From a virus, in the IMG/VR virus record IMGVR_UViG_3300008110_010000, positions 8,199 through 72,198 of that record: DNA of 64,000 nucleotides; one strand, written 5' to 3'. The notes below the pieces were generated by a model, which saw only the letters and a program-made list of their open reading frames with translations, searched no databases and was not told the DNA's origin. The position numbers and the translations under genes were made by a program. Below are positions 9,879 to 19,710 of this stretch, piece by piece (positions within the stretch are counted from its first letter, which is position 1; each line of letters starts with the position of its first letter).

Positions 9879-10527
9879 ATTCTATTCCCGTGTATATTTT
9901 AAACTGTTCGATAGCTTGATATCTTGACATTAATTTTCCGCTTTCGAATTCTGTTCTTGCTTCGATAATCCGACCGTTTGTGCAAACGTCCACTGGAGTT
10001 GCATTAAAAATCCACCCATCCAAACTTTCAATTTTGCTCCAGTTTTTCCTTTCTATTATTTCATACTCTATTCCCCGAATTCTACACACATATTGGACTG
10101 CTAGACTAAAACCTCCATTTCCCAGTATGGCTATTTTTTTAACTTCCCTTGGTAAATATTTATCTATGCCAATCCAGTCTGTGTTGTAACCGAGTAATTT
10201 GTTATCAACTATTTTAACAGTATTACACGAACCAATATCTGCGACGGAAGAATCACACCAATCTAAATAATCTAATATTTGCACTTTATACGGCATGCTA
10301 ATTGCAAATCCACCAAATTTTAAGTTCTTAGCGGATTCTACCGATAATTCTATATCGTCGCTATAAAATGATTTATAAATTGCATCAACTGAATACTTCT
10401 GAAAAGCACTATTGAAAAAATGACATCCATTATTTCCTGGGTTCTTTGAAAAAGATCCGAATATCTTAGTATCCTTGTTTATCAACACCTGCGACATTTT
10501 ATAGTGATAATAATATATTTTCAGCAA
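9871..10527 (-). CDS. shikimate/quinate dehydrogenase-like protein
   Basis: ISMPYK (substrate-binding x-x-PxK), LLGYNTDWIG (G-x-NTD-x-x-G) and glycine-rich AILGNGG in AroE order. Confidence 0.45.
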   Translation of the reverse strand: MLKIYYYHYKMSQVLINKDTKIFGSFSKNPGNNGCHFFNSAFQKYSVDAIYKSFYSDDIELSVESAKNLKFGGFAISMPYKVQILDYLDWCDSSVADIGSCNTVKIVDNKLLGYNTDWIGIDKYLPREVKKIAILGNGGFSLAVQYVCRIRGIEYEIIERKNWSKIESLDGWIFNATPVDVCTNGRIIEARTEFESGKLMSRYQAIEQFKIYTGIEYV

Positions 10528-11284
10528 TTATATACTGTCCAGTTTCGTTTGGGTGATGATCGTTAACTAATTCTTCCCAAAATTTTGTATCATAATTTTT
10601 ATATCTGTCAGAATATCTTAAGCATTCATTTGATGTAAACCTCTGAGCGTCGATATTAAATTCATCATCATCTAGCGGAAAGTAAATAATTCTGCTTGGA
10701 TGAGTAATTGTTTTAATGACATTTTCTTTCCTTTTTTGCGTGGAATTTACATCTTTAGGATGTATAGGGTTTAAAAACCAATATTTAACTGTCGCACCTA
10801 TTTTATTTTCCAAATAATCAAAAACAGGAAGTACGTTTTTAAATCCAAGAATTAATAATTCAATTCTAAAATCTAAAACGAAATCTACGTATTTTTTCAT
10901 TTTTTCTTCATCATAAAATTTTTCACTCCTGAAATAATCAATCTGATGCCAATCAAAATCTATCAATACGTCATTTATTTCAAATATGTCTTTACTAGAC
11001 CACGATTCTCTTACGTGGTTTTCGTTAACAAAAGGTACAGGGAACCTATCTGGGTATGTAAACTCGAAAACCACTAAATCCCCCTTCTTTATTTTTTCCA
11101 TCTGCCTGAACAGCTTTACCGTAGATTCAAAATTGGATTGACCACTAAACCCGTTATTTACAAAATTGAATCCAATTTTTTCGGCTAATATTTCTGGCCA
11201 AAATTTCAAGCCGTATTCTTTTTCGTGATGTGGAGAATGAGTCCAACTACATCCGTAAGCCCATAGTGTGTTTTTTGTAATCAT
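10499..11284 (-). CDS. hypothetical protein (possible distant SGNH-like)
   Basis: N-terminal LWAYGCSWTHS is reminiscent of the GDS(W) motif, but weak. Confidence 0.3.
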   Translation of the reverse strand: MITKNTLWAYGCSWTHSPHHEKEYGLKFWPEILAEKIGFNFVNNGFSGQSNFESTVKLFRQMEKIKKGDLVVFEFTYPDRFPVPFVNENHVRESWSSKDIFEINDVLIDFDWHQIDYFRSEKFYDEEKMKKYVDFVLDFRIELLILGFKNVLPVFDYLENKIGATVKYWFLNPIHPKDVNSTQKRKENVIKTITHPSRIIYFPLDDDEFNIDAQRFTSNECLRYSDRYKNYDTKFWEELVNDHHPNETGQYIIAENILLSL

Positions 11285-13178
11285 CTAGAATTTCTATAGA
11301 TTTGAACCATAACATTTTACCAAATTTTCCATCGTGTAATGGAGACATATTTAGAAATATCAGGCCTGTTATAAATTTAATCTTATCGAGATCGAATCCG
11401 TTTTTCCTGATCCATCCCTCATATTCAGATCTAAACTTAATTAGATTCTTTGAGATATGATATTCATATTTAATAGAATAAGATCCTTCAAAGTATGTGA
11501 TATTACTGTCATCTTTCATTAAATTGTATGGGATTATTAATCCGCCATAAAACTTAGAAAGATCGTAATAAATGTCTCCAGATTCTACATTTTCTCCAAA
11601 GCAGTCTCTCCAGTCTATGTAATAGTATTCGCCATCTTCCGATAATATCATATTATCAAAGTGGAGATCACCATGAAAATTAGAATAGAAAGGATTCTCG
11701 TAAAGACAGTCAAATATTTTTTCATCAGATAATATAAGATCCAAAGATGGTCTTTTAATTTCGTTTATTTCATGATCAGAAACAAAATAACTTTCTCCAT
11801 ATTTAGCAAGAAATGATTCTAGTCTTTTATGGGTTTTGTCGACATAAAACTTTTTAAGATCTTCTATGTTTGCAGGGATTGTCTCCTTGGTGAGGAATTC
11901 CAGCTTTGTCAAAAACCTACTAAAATCCCCCAGTTCCCCGCGATCGTATAAAGTTTTACCTTCTATCCAATCGTAATAAAGAAAATTCCCAGCAACATTG
12001 AAATTTGGGGGAACCAAGCCTCTTAAAATTTCTCCTCTAATTTTCCTTCTTTCTAGCAGATCTCTATCTTGTGTAAACTTTAAAAATTTACCCCCGTCCT
12101 TATAGGTTATTTCTCCTATGTCTTTTTTCAAAGATAGCGGTTTATCATTAAAGTACTGTCTAGCTTTATCTAGATCGTCTAGATTTCCGGTATCTAGCCA
12201 TTTTAACTTTTTTGCCTTTAGACTTGTATAGACTTGAGGTGATTCAAATGCAGAAACTAATTCACCGCTTTTAATATTTTCTTTAAGCTCTTTCCAGAAA
12301 GTGGAGTAATCTGATATTCCTCCGAAACCAACAAATGCTAGATCGTATCCGTCAGTACTTTTGTTAACGAAAGATGTTATATTTTCTTTATCGTCCATCT
12401 TCACCGTGGAGTATTTTTCTGGATATGATGTTGAATGAACCCCTAACCAGTTACCGTTTATTCCAGGGATCGGAGAATCTATGATACAATCTCCCATTAT
12501 AAAATAAAAAGGTCTTTGAAGATGCTCGGAGCACAACAGAGCGCTTGTACCTGGCCCAGTTTGCGAAGGATCATAATTCTCGACATTTACGAATGTAAAT
12601 TTGTGATCTGGATAAACTAGATTACAATACTCTTTGACGGAATCTCCCTTGTATCCAATAGCTATGATAAAGTCATATTCCTTAGGGAATTTTTCTATTA
12701 TGTAGGATATGATAGCCCGATTGTTTACCGGCAATAAAGTTTTATTTATGTTGTCTGTTAATTTTTTTAGACGGCTACCTAAGCCTGCACATAATATTAA
12801 AACCGCGGGAGTTTTATGCTCGCTTTCGATCTTTCCATCAGGTCTATTTGTATCATCCTCCACTCGTATTACATCGTCGACCTCCGGGGTAGAAACTTCT
12901 TGCATTATCAGGTCGGTCAAAGCAATTACCCTGTGTTTTTTAGGAGGAATTACGTTATAGTATTGACCTGGGCCGTACACCTCCTTAACAATTTCACCTT
13001 GATCATTCTCCAGCCAAATTTCTGCTTGTCCCGATATGATATAGTTAGTTTCTTTTTTAAAGTTGTGATACTGTAAAGATGTTTTATATCCCTCGTTTAT
13101 ATAGATTCTTTTATAACAATAAGAATCATTAAGTTCTATCCATTCTTCTTTACCCCACGGTTTATAAATTGTTTTCAT
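11247..13178 (-). CDS. trifunctional fusion: cupin (PMI-type) domain + sugar-phosphate nucleotidyltransferase + APH/choline-kinase-like kinase
   Basis: N-terminal KPWGKEEWI ... QYHNFKKETNYIISGQAEIW (cupin_2). Middle LILCAGLGSRLKKLT ... LLPV (G-x-G-x-R NTP-transferase motif). C-terminal HGDLHFDNMIL ... IDWRDC (Brenner H-G-D-x-x-x-x-N and D-x-x kinase motifs of APH/ChoK family). Confidence 0.6.
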   Translation of the reverse strand: MKTIYKPWGKEEWIELNDSYCYKRIYINEGYKTSLQYHNFKKETNYIISGQAEIWLENDQGEIVKEVYGPGQYYNVIPPKKHRVIALTDLIMQEVSTPEVDDVIRVEDDTNRPDGKIESEHKTPAVLILCAGLGSRLKKLTDNINKTLLPVNNRAIISYIIEKFPKEYDFIIAIGYKGDSVKEYCNLVYPDHKFTFVNVENYDPSQTGPGTSALLCSEHLQRPFYFIMGDCIIDSPIPGINGNWLGVHSTSYPEKYSTVKMDDKENITSFVNKSTDGYDLAFVGFGGISDYSTFWKELKENIKSGELVSAFESPQVYTSLKAKKLKWLDTGNLDDLDKARQYFNDKPLSLKKDIGEITYKDGGKFLKFTQDRDLLERRKIRGEILRGLVPPNFNVAGNFLYYDWIEGKTLYDRGELGDFSRFLTKLEFLTKETIPANIEDLKKFYVDKTHKRLESFLAKYGESYFVSDHEINEIKRPSLDLILSDEKIFDCLYENPFYSNFHGDLHFDNMILSEDGEYYYIDWRDCFGENVESGDIYYDLSKFYGGLIIPYNLMKDDSNITYFEGSYSIKYEYHISKNLIKFRSEYEGWIRKNGFDLDKIKFITGLIFLNMSPLHDGKFGKMLWFKSIEILDDYKKHTMGLRM

Positions 13179-13893
13179 GATATTGATCTTGATTATTTCC
13201 CCAATCCATCGTTTTTTGGAATATCGTATTTATAGATATCTCTTCTTTATTTAACTGTCTAGAGTTAGCCCTTACAGTAACGACAGATGTTCTTGGAATT
13301 TTTTTAATTTTTATTTCACTTAGTAAAATGTGTTTGGCTAAGTGATGATGCATGGAGCCGTTACATTCGTTTCCGTCTAATCTTTCCGGTATATTATCAA
13401 TTAATTTTTCGATTAGATCATATTTACCAAAGAAAAAAATATCCTGTATGAATAATTCTTCCCCGTTATTTCTAATCTCTTCTAACCCGTATACAGATCC
13501 CTCTCTTAAATCCTCATCCGAATTTATATTCTCAAAATCGAAATTAAAATCAAAATAATTATCAGGTCTTGTTAGCATGATATAATCATATTTTATACCG
13601 CTTTTTTTGATCATTTTAAGCCCGGATTTCCAGTGGAATATCATCTTTTCTGGATTGGTTAATTCAGAAAACACATCATCTAATATTAAAACATTTGCGT
13701 CTTTAATATGATCTAATATTCTTTTTTCTGTGACTTCCTCGTCGATTATGATGTCTAGTTTTTTATTTTTTTGCTTGGATCTAGACCATGTTGAAAAATA
13801 AACCTCGCAATCAAACTTGCTTAAAAAATTCCAAGAAGTAACAGCAATATCAAATTCCCTATACATCCCATAAACCAAAATTGCAATTTTCAT
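13162..13893 (-). CDS. hypothetical protein, paralogous to the repeated module of 14546..16327
   Basis: Starts MKIAILVYGMYREF, like the two MKIAIC-SGQ-R modules in the next-but-one gene. Confidence 0.35.
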   Translation of the reverse strand: MKIAILVYGMYREFDIAVTSWNFLSKFDCEVYFSTWSRSKQKNKKLDIIIDEEVTEKRILDHIKDANVLILDDVFSELTNPEKMIFHWKSGLKMIKKSGIKYDYIMLTRPDNYFDFNFDFENINSDEDLREGSVYGLEEIRNNGEELFIQDIFFFGKYDLIEKLIDNIPERLDGNECNGSMHHHLAKHILLSEIKIKKIPRTSVVTVRANSRQLNKEEISINTIFQKTMDWGNNQDQYHENNL

Positions 13894-14549
13894 ATGATTT
13901 TTACCTTTGATTTTATTTCATTTTCTATGTATTGGCAAAAATCCCTATGACCCTTGAATGACCAGTGATGGTTTACTATTTCTCCCTTTGTTGCATTGAC
14001 TATTAATTCAAATTTTTCCCAGAGACTTTCTACATCCCAGATATAGCAGAGATTTACTCCTCTATCTTTTAGTAGTCTTTCTCTCAAAAAATTCAGTCTA
14101 AAATCGTGTCTGATAGAATAAGCTTTCTGTGTTGCAAATTCTATTGAAAACATTTTTATGGTCTCTATCTGCTCGTTGGTAAATAATCCAACGGTTGCAT
14201 CTTCAAACCATTTTTGTACGTCTTTTTCCCCTCCCCTATAAACTATAGATTTGACTTCCGGTGAATCATTTTCTTTCGGAAAGTCAAATCTGTGTGACCA
14301 GGTTTTACCTATTATTACTATATCGTCCTTAGAAATATCCTCCCAGTTTTTTATTATAGTATCAATAATAGTATCGTTAGACACCCCAGGTAAACCTTTA
14401 TTTTGTAGAGCATAGTTTATTTTTCTGGATAATAATTTATTCCAAGAAAGGTCATCATCTTTTAACCTATATCTTTGATAATATAGATCATGATCTAATG
14501 TGCCGTCTCCGTATGTAAAAGAACATCCAAATGTCCAGATTTTATTCAT
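13890..14549 (-). CDS. SGNH/GDSL-like hydrolase
   Basis: MNKIWTFGCSFTYGDG block I motif. Confidence 0.4.
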   Translation of the reverse strand: MNKIWTFGCSFTYGDGTLDHDLYYQRYRLKDDDLSWNKLLSRKINYALQNKGLPGVSNDTIIDTIIKNWEDISKDDIVIIGKTWSHRFDFPKENDSPEVKSIVYRGGEKDVQKWFEDATVGLFTNEQIETIKMFSIEFATQKAYSIRHDFRLNFLRERLLKDRGVNLCYIWDVESLWEKFELIVNATKGEIVNHHWSFKGHRDFCQYIENEIKSKVKII

Positions 14550-16327
14550 ATTAATATTTTATCTATGACCTCTGTTTCACCTCCGGGGAACACCGCTATA
14601 TCTTCGAACAGAACCTCATTGTCCCCAAGTCCCCCTAATTTTAATTGTTTTTTGAGAGTTATAAAATTCCTAAATTTGCATATCTGAAAATTAAGAGGGG
14701 TAGTTTGATTCTTTACTCCAATCTCTTTTAAATAGTGATAAAAAACTAACTCAGGTATCAGGTGGTTTCTGCTTTCTTCAAACGTTCTAATGTCTATACT
14801 TGGTAGGTGCCTATAAAAATCGCAAATTTTATCGAACGTTAAAGAATCTGAAAACCAAAACACATCACCAATTGCAAAATGAGGGTAAACATCAATTTTT
14901 CTATTATGTATAGAAAATATAGTATTTGGTTTAACAGTTGATAAAATTTCGATTAAATCAAAAACCTGTCCCCATGGAACATATTGATCGTACCGTAATC
15001 TGATACAAACATCATATTCGAAATTATTTTCTATCTCGTATTGTCTTTTCAATTCGCACGATCTCATCACTGCATAAAACTGGTTTGCACACCAAGTAAT
15101 GGGCGGACCTTCATTTTCTGGATATCTCTCCTCTGCAATGTCAATAACATCCTGGTTTACTCTTTGATTTTTTTCAAAATCCTCAATTAGATATTTTTTC
15201 GGTTTGTATATTTTAATTATTTCATTTAATTTATCATCGTCGTACGGAGTTACTCTATTATTGGCGGTTACATCCAATATTGGTCTGGATTCGCTTTCAA
15301 AATTCCAAGCATGGCAGAAAAAGTCGACAGTGCTATTAGGATCACTTTCAACTTTATTTTTTAGCTTTATTATGTTGTGGTAGCATTTTTCATAAGTTCT
15401 GAATTGACCACTTAAGCAGATAGCAATTTTCATAGTTCTTAATTTTTTTAACACATTGGGTGAAAACCCGGTCTTTTCAAAAATTTCTTTTTTGAATTTC
15501 AAAAGTAGATTGTATCCGATGTGTTTGACGTTTGATAATTTTTGAAACTCGTGATTATATAATATTCTATTGATTTCAACACACTCCCTAAAATTATCCA
15601 CTGGATGATAACCCAGGGAGAATTCTCTAAAGATTGTCCACTTATACTCCATTTCATTTAGAAACTCTATAGATTCTATATTATTTTCCTTGAGATAATC
15701 ATCAAAAAACACGTGATAAAGATCTTTGCTTTTATCTGTTGTGATAATATAGTTATGAAACAATGAAGCCTTATCCATAACTGAGGAATTTGACATAAAT
15801 ACCACATCATGCAGCATTCTGCTTGAAGGATTCTCAAATTCTGTTATTGTGTCGACTAAAAAAATACCATTTTTGATAAAAGAAATGTTGTCGTGAATTA
15901 TATTTTTTAATTTAATCGACGGATCATATATGCAATCCATTCTCATTTTTATTACAACGTCGTATTGAAAATTGTTTTCCTCTTCGTATTTCTTTTTTAA
16001 ATTAACACTTTCATACCAGCTGTACCACATCGGGGAATTTGATGTCCCCTTTTTTAGAGACAAATCGTAATAGTCCTCGTAAATATCAACCTTAGTTTTT
16101 TTTGGTTTGTATATGTTATTAATTTTTATGTAATCATTTAGTTCTACCTTCTTGATATGGGTATATTCATGTTCGGGTCTTTCGTCCCCAAAAAATCTTT
16201 TACCGTCATTAATATCCCACGTGTGTATAAAATAGTCGGCCTCACATCCCTCAATAAAATTGAGTATGTTGATGGAAGAATCAACTGCCCTTCTTATTTG
16301 ACCACTAAAGCAAATCGCAATTTTCAT
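14546..16327 (-). CDS. protein with internally duplicated ~300-aa module of unknown function (possible sugar-modifying enzyme)
   Basis: Two tandem modules begin MKIAICFSGQIRR and MKIAICLSGQFRT. The conserved ...WDINDGKR.../...AWNFESESR... pattern indicates an intragenic duplication. Confidence 0.4.
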   Translation of the reverse strand: MKIAICFSGQIRRAVDSSINILNFIEGCEADYFIHTWDINDGKRFFGDERPEHEYTHIKKVELNDYIKINNIYKPKKTKVDIYEDYYDLSLKKGTSNSPMWYSWYESVNLKKKYEEENNFQYDVVIKMRMDCIYDPSIKLKNIIHDNISFIKNGIFLVDTITEFENPSSRMLHDVVFMSNSSVMDKASLFHNYIITTDKSKDLYHVFFDDYLKENNIESIEFLNEMEYKWTIFREFSLGYHPVDNFRECVEINRILYNHEFQKLSNVKHIGYNLLLKFKKEIFEKTGFSPNVLKKLRTMKIAICLSGQFRTYEKCYHNIIKLKNKVESDPNSTVDFFCHAWNFESESRPILDVTANNRVTPYDDDKLNEIIKIYKPKKYLIEDFEKNQRVNQDVIDIAEERYPENEGPPITWCANQFYAVMRSCELKRQYEIENNFEYDVCIRLRYDQYVPWGQVFDLIEILSTVKPNTIFSIHNRKIDVYPHFAIGDVFWFSDSLTFDKICDFYRHLPSIDIRTFEESRNHLIPELVFYHYLKEIGVKNQTTPLNFQICKFRNFITLKKQLKLGGLGDNEVLFEDIAVFPGGETEVIDKILI

Positions 16328-17474
16328 ACTCTAATAAATAATCTCCAATGTCTAGATTTCTTATAGAATCCATCATTTTTAAAAAATTGGAAGATTTTTT
16401 TTCTAAATTCCCATCTTTTTTATTTTCTATCTCGTACATAAATCTATTTCTGTCGCCATCTCCCAATTTGTAGATTTGCTCCATTGCAAGATCCTTCAGC
16501 TTTGGGTGTAAACAAGATATGTGTAAGTAATTGGGGCTATAGACAAAATTATATTCAATTTGTTCACCGGAAAAAAACTCTCTAAAATTCCACACATTAC
16601 AAACATTCAAAACACTTATTGTCTGGGTTATAGTAATTTGTAATTTTTCTTTTTTCAGTTTTAAAAAATTATCATACACAACTTCCCATTTTGAAGGATA
16701 TCTTATATAATCATTCCTATTTCCAACGTCGTCTATAGAAAGCTGTAGTTTTACCTCCCGAAATTCTCTTAACAGCTCTAAAAACCTGTCTGGTAAATTT
16801 GTACAGTTTATGTTATATACCAGCTTTATATTTTTTGATTTGTCTAGAGAAATCAACTTCTCCAAAAAGTAAAAATGCTCCTTTATCAACGTTGGTTCTC
16901 CCCCGTTGATGTAAATTTCCTCCAATTCGCTAGAATGCTTTAATAATTCATCATACCATTCTTTGTTTTTAAACCAATCGCTTTTATAATCTTCATAGTT
17001 GTAATGATCGTCTCCGAACGTGGACGGAAATCTTTTAACATCTTCTATCCACTTGCTACTTGACATCGGGTTGCATGTTAAACACTTTATGTTACAAACA
17101 TTACCGAGTCTTAATTCGATAAACTTAAGATGTATATTTGGGAGTTTTTCGCTTATACTTATTTTATTGAGATATTTAGCATTTTCTTCATCTCTTTTAC
17201 TCTTGAATCCGTTTTCTTCTATCCTGTAACAACCTATACATTCGATAGGTTTCTCATTATTCATCATCTTTCTTCTAATTTCTGTGAAAGAATCAGAATT
17301 CATAATGTCTTCTATGCTATCCTTACCTAGGGTTAATACTCTATTTTTAGTTTTGGAGAAACAAACCCCATTTTCAAAATTAGCAATACAACAAGGTGAC
17401 ACCAGCCCGTTAGGATGAGTTGCTAAATGCGTAAACGGTAACGAACATATAGTTTTTAAATTTGTGTCCACCAT
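16305..17474 (-). CDS. radical SAM enzyme (paralog 1)
   Basis: CNIKCLTC (C-x3-C-x2-C) radical SAM cluster motif. N-terminal Cys-rich CSLPFTHLATHP ... PCC region is shared with paralogs. Confidence 0.6.
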   Translation of the reverse strand: MVDTNLKTICSLPFTHLATHPNGLVSPCCIANFENGVCFSKTKNRVLTLGKDSIEDIMNSDSFTEIRRKMMNNEKPIECIGCYRIEENGFKSKRDEENAKYLNKISISEKLPNIHLKFIELRLGNVCNIKCLTCNPMSSSKWIEDVKRFPSTFGDDHYNYEDYKSDWFKNKEWYDELLKHSSELEEIYINGGEPTLIKEHFYFLEKLISLDKSKNIKLVYNINCTNLPDRFLELLREFREVKLQLSIDDVGNRNDYIRYPSKWEVVYDNFLKLKKEKLQITITQTISVLNVCNVWNFREFFSGEQIEYNFVYSPNYLHISCLHPKLKDLAMEQIYKLGDGDRNRFMYEIENKKDGNLEKKSSNFLKMMDSIRNLDIGDYLLEYENCDLL

Positions 17475-18793
17475 TCTAATAATTTTTTGTTTTGTCCTAG
17501 AATATTCTCAAATGTTAATGATCCATTTAAACCGTCCTTTCTGAACTCTGCTATTCTTATCATGTTTTCTTTCCCTCTCTTTCTGCCCTCTTTATAATCT
17601 GGATACGATTCTTCGAAAGTTTTTTTGGTTTTTAAATCTTCTAAAGCCTCCACATAAATTTGGGTTTTCGATGTAACCCTTGGCTTAATGTAATCTAGGG
17701 TATCGTCTATAATTTCTTCGAGGATGGACCTAGGTATTGACAATGGAGACATAAGAACAGAGGAATCGAAAGAAAAAGTTGTTTTTATATAGGTTACTAC
17801 ATTTAATTCCACTGCACGATCGAATAATTCTTTTATAGACAGTAGGCCTGGAAGAGTTATTGTAAGATCAAAAACCATTCCATGATCGCCGTATAAATCG
17901 TTTAGAAAAAGACCTCCCTTAAAATTATCTAGCCACTTTTCCCACACTATTCCAGTTCTGATAAATTCAACAATTTTTCCAGTTCCATCTATACTTGCAC
18001 ACAGATTTACCCTTTTAAAATGAGGCAGAAAATCATATAGATTCATTCCTTTATATGATACCCTGCTTAAATTTGTGTTGTATCTTATTATAACATTCTT
18101 GGATTGATTATTATCAACCAAATACTTCATGATATCCCAATGAATGTCCCACATCAATGGTTCACCACCTACCCAATATATTTCTTCTATTCTATTCTCT
18201 TTCACTGCTTCCCAAAGTTCGTTTTCAGTAACTTCTTTCTGGAATTTTTTAAATTTTTCTTGATTTTCTTTTTTATAAAATGGCTCGGTTTCTAAATTAA
18301 TGTTGCCCATTATTTTTCTTTCCGCCTCCCACTGTGAACTTAACAAGTCGCCACACATTCTACATTTAAAATTACACAGATTACTTATCCGATAGTCATA
18401 TGATATTGGTTTCATGTGAGTGTAACCATCATCTTCCGTTTTTTCGAATATCTCGTCTATTTTGTGGGGAAAAAGTGTATTGGTGAAATAACCTTTGTAT
18501 GTGTAAAGATTTAGAATTTGATCGTTACAAACCTGACATTGTGGAATTGACTCTCCGGACATTATTCTTTTTCTAATGTTTTTCATATAATCACTATTCC
18601 AATGATCCTCCAGCGAAACTGGTTTAAAATGTGAGTTATCGTCAGGATTTTCAGAATCTATGTACTGTTTAATATAGTTTGCCTTTTCCCTACTTGCACA
18701 ACATAATCTTCTTTCCCCCTGTGGGGAAAGATATGTGTGTGTCCACGGTGCTGTACAAAAAAATTCATTTCCATCCGAAGGTTTTATTCTCAT
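17456..18793 (-). CDS. radical SAM enzyme (paralog 2)
   Basis: CNFKCRMC motif. N-terminal FCTAPWTHTYLSPQGERRLCC is similar to paralog 1. Confidence 0.6.
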   Translation of the reverse strand: MRIKPSDGNEFFCTAPWTHTYLSPQGERRLCCASREKANYIKQYIDSENPDDNSHFKPVSLEDHWNSDYMKNIRKRIMSGESIPQCQVCNDQILNLYTYKGYFTNTLFPHKIDEIFEKTEDDGYTHMKPISYDYRISNLCNFKCRMCGDLLSSQWEAERKIMGNINLETEPFYKKENQEKFKKFQKEVTENELWEAVKENRIEEIYWVGGEPLMWDIHWDIMKYLVDNNQSKNVIIRYNTNLSRVSYKGMNLYDFLPHFKRVNLCASIDGTGKIVEFIRTGIVWEKWLDNFKGGLFLNDLYGDHGMVFDLTITLPGLLSIKELFDRAVELNVVTYIKTTFSFDSSVLMSPLSIPRSILEEIIDDTLDYIKPRVTSKTQIYVEALEDLKTKKTFEESYPDYKEGRKRGKENMIRIAEFRKDGLNGSLTFENILGQNKKLLEWWTQI

Positions 18794-19710
18794 ATTAATC
18801 TGCTAGATTTTATTATATTCTGCGTATAGAGATCACCCCTTCCGTTTGAAATCCATTCATACAACAATTCTGCCCATAATTTGTGCGATTTGGGTGTTGG
18901 ATGTACACCATATAATCTTTCCTCCAACGGTATCTGTTTTATATAATTTAAAAATGAATTTGATGGCTTGTCTTTCATCAGAAAATTGGATTCTGGTACA
19001 TGGTCCCATTTTAATTTACTCATACGGTATAGATCCTCCCCCCAAATACCTTCAACATATTTGAAAGAATCTATCCATTTCATAATATTTAAGTCTATAA
19101 ATTTTCTTTCCATTTTATAGATATGATGTTCCTCAGGTAAAGCATTGAACAAATAACATGGAATTCCGTACTTATCGCAAAACGTACGTATTTCAAAATT
19201 GTAGTTTATGAAATCGTACGCTCCTTCATAGTCATTTTGAACAACCGATAAATACCACTTAAAGAATTCCCTCATTCCATATTCCTCTTTATTGAAATCT
19301 CCGTTACTGTTTAGAGTTTTTCGGTATATTTTATTATGAGTATTGAAAAAAAATTCCTTTCTAACTATAGAGGTCCATCCAATGACTACAATGATGTCAT
19401 CTGGAGTTTTATTAGGGACAATGTAGTTTTCAAGTAGCCAGTTTAAAAGTGTTTCAAAAATCCATTTGTTACCTACTGCAGGCTTGGCTAAATTTATAAC
19501 CTCTTTTGCCCCTATTAATTCTTTTAAATATGTTGGCCAAATTCTTTCAATCCTATATTGATCGTTTTTTGCGTCAGTATCTTCTTCTATTATCCCGTTA
19601 AATTTATTTATTTGGTGAGGCTTTGATGGAGCTTCCAAAAACTGTGGGTCCACAATTTCACTACCATATGTAAAGCTATCTCCGCACACAACTAATTTCA
19701 TTTCACTCAT
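18790..19710 (-). CDS. SGNH/GDSL-like hydrolase
   Basis: LVVCGDSFTYGSE block I motif. Confidence 0.45.
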   Translation of the reverse strand: MSEMKLVVCGDSFTYGSEIVDPQFLEAPSKPHQINKFNGIIEEDTDAKNDQYRIERIWPTYLKELIGAKEVINLAKPAVGNKWIFETLLNWLLENYIVPNKTPDDIIVVIGWTSIVRKEFFFNTHNKIYRKTLNSNGDFNKEEYGMREFFKWYLSVVQNDYEGAYDFINYNFEIRTFCDKYGIPCYLFNALPEEHHIYKMERKFIDLNIMKWIDSFKYVEGIWGEDLYRMSKLKWDHVPESNFLMKDKPSNSFLNYIKQIPLEERLYGVHPTPKSHKLWAELLYEWISNGRGDLYTQNIIKSSRLI

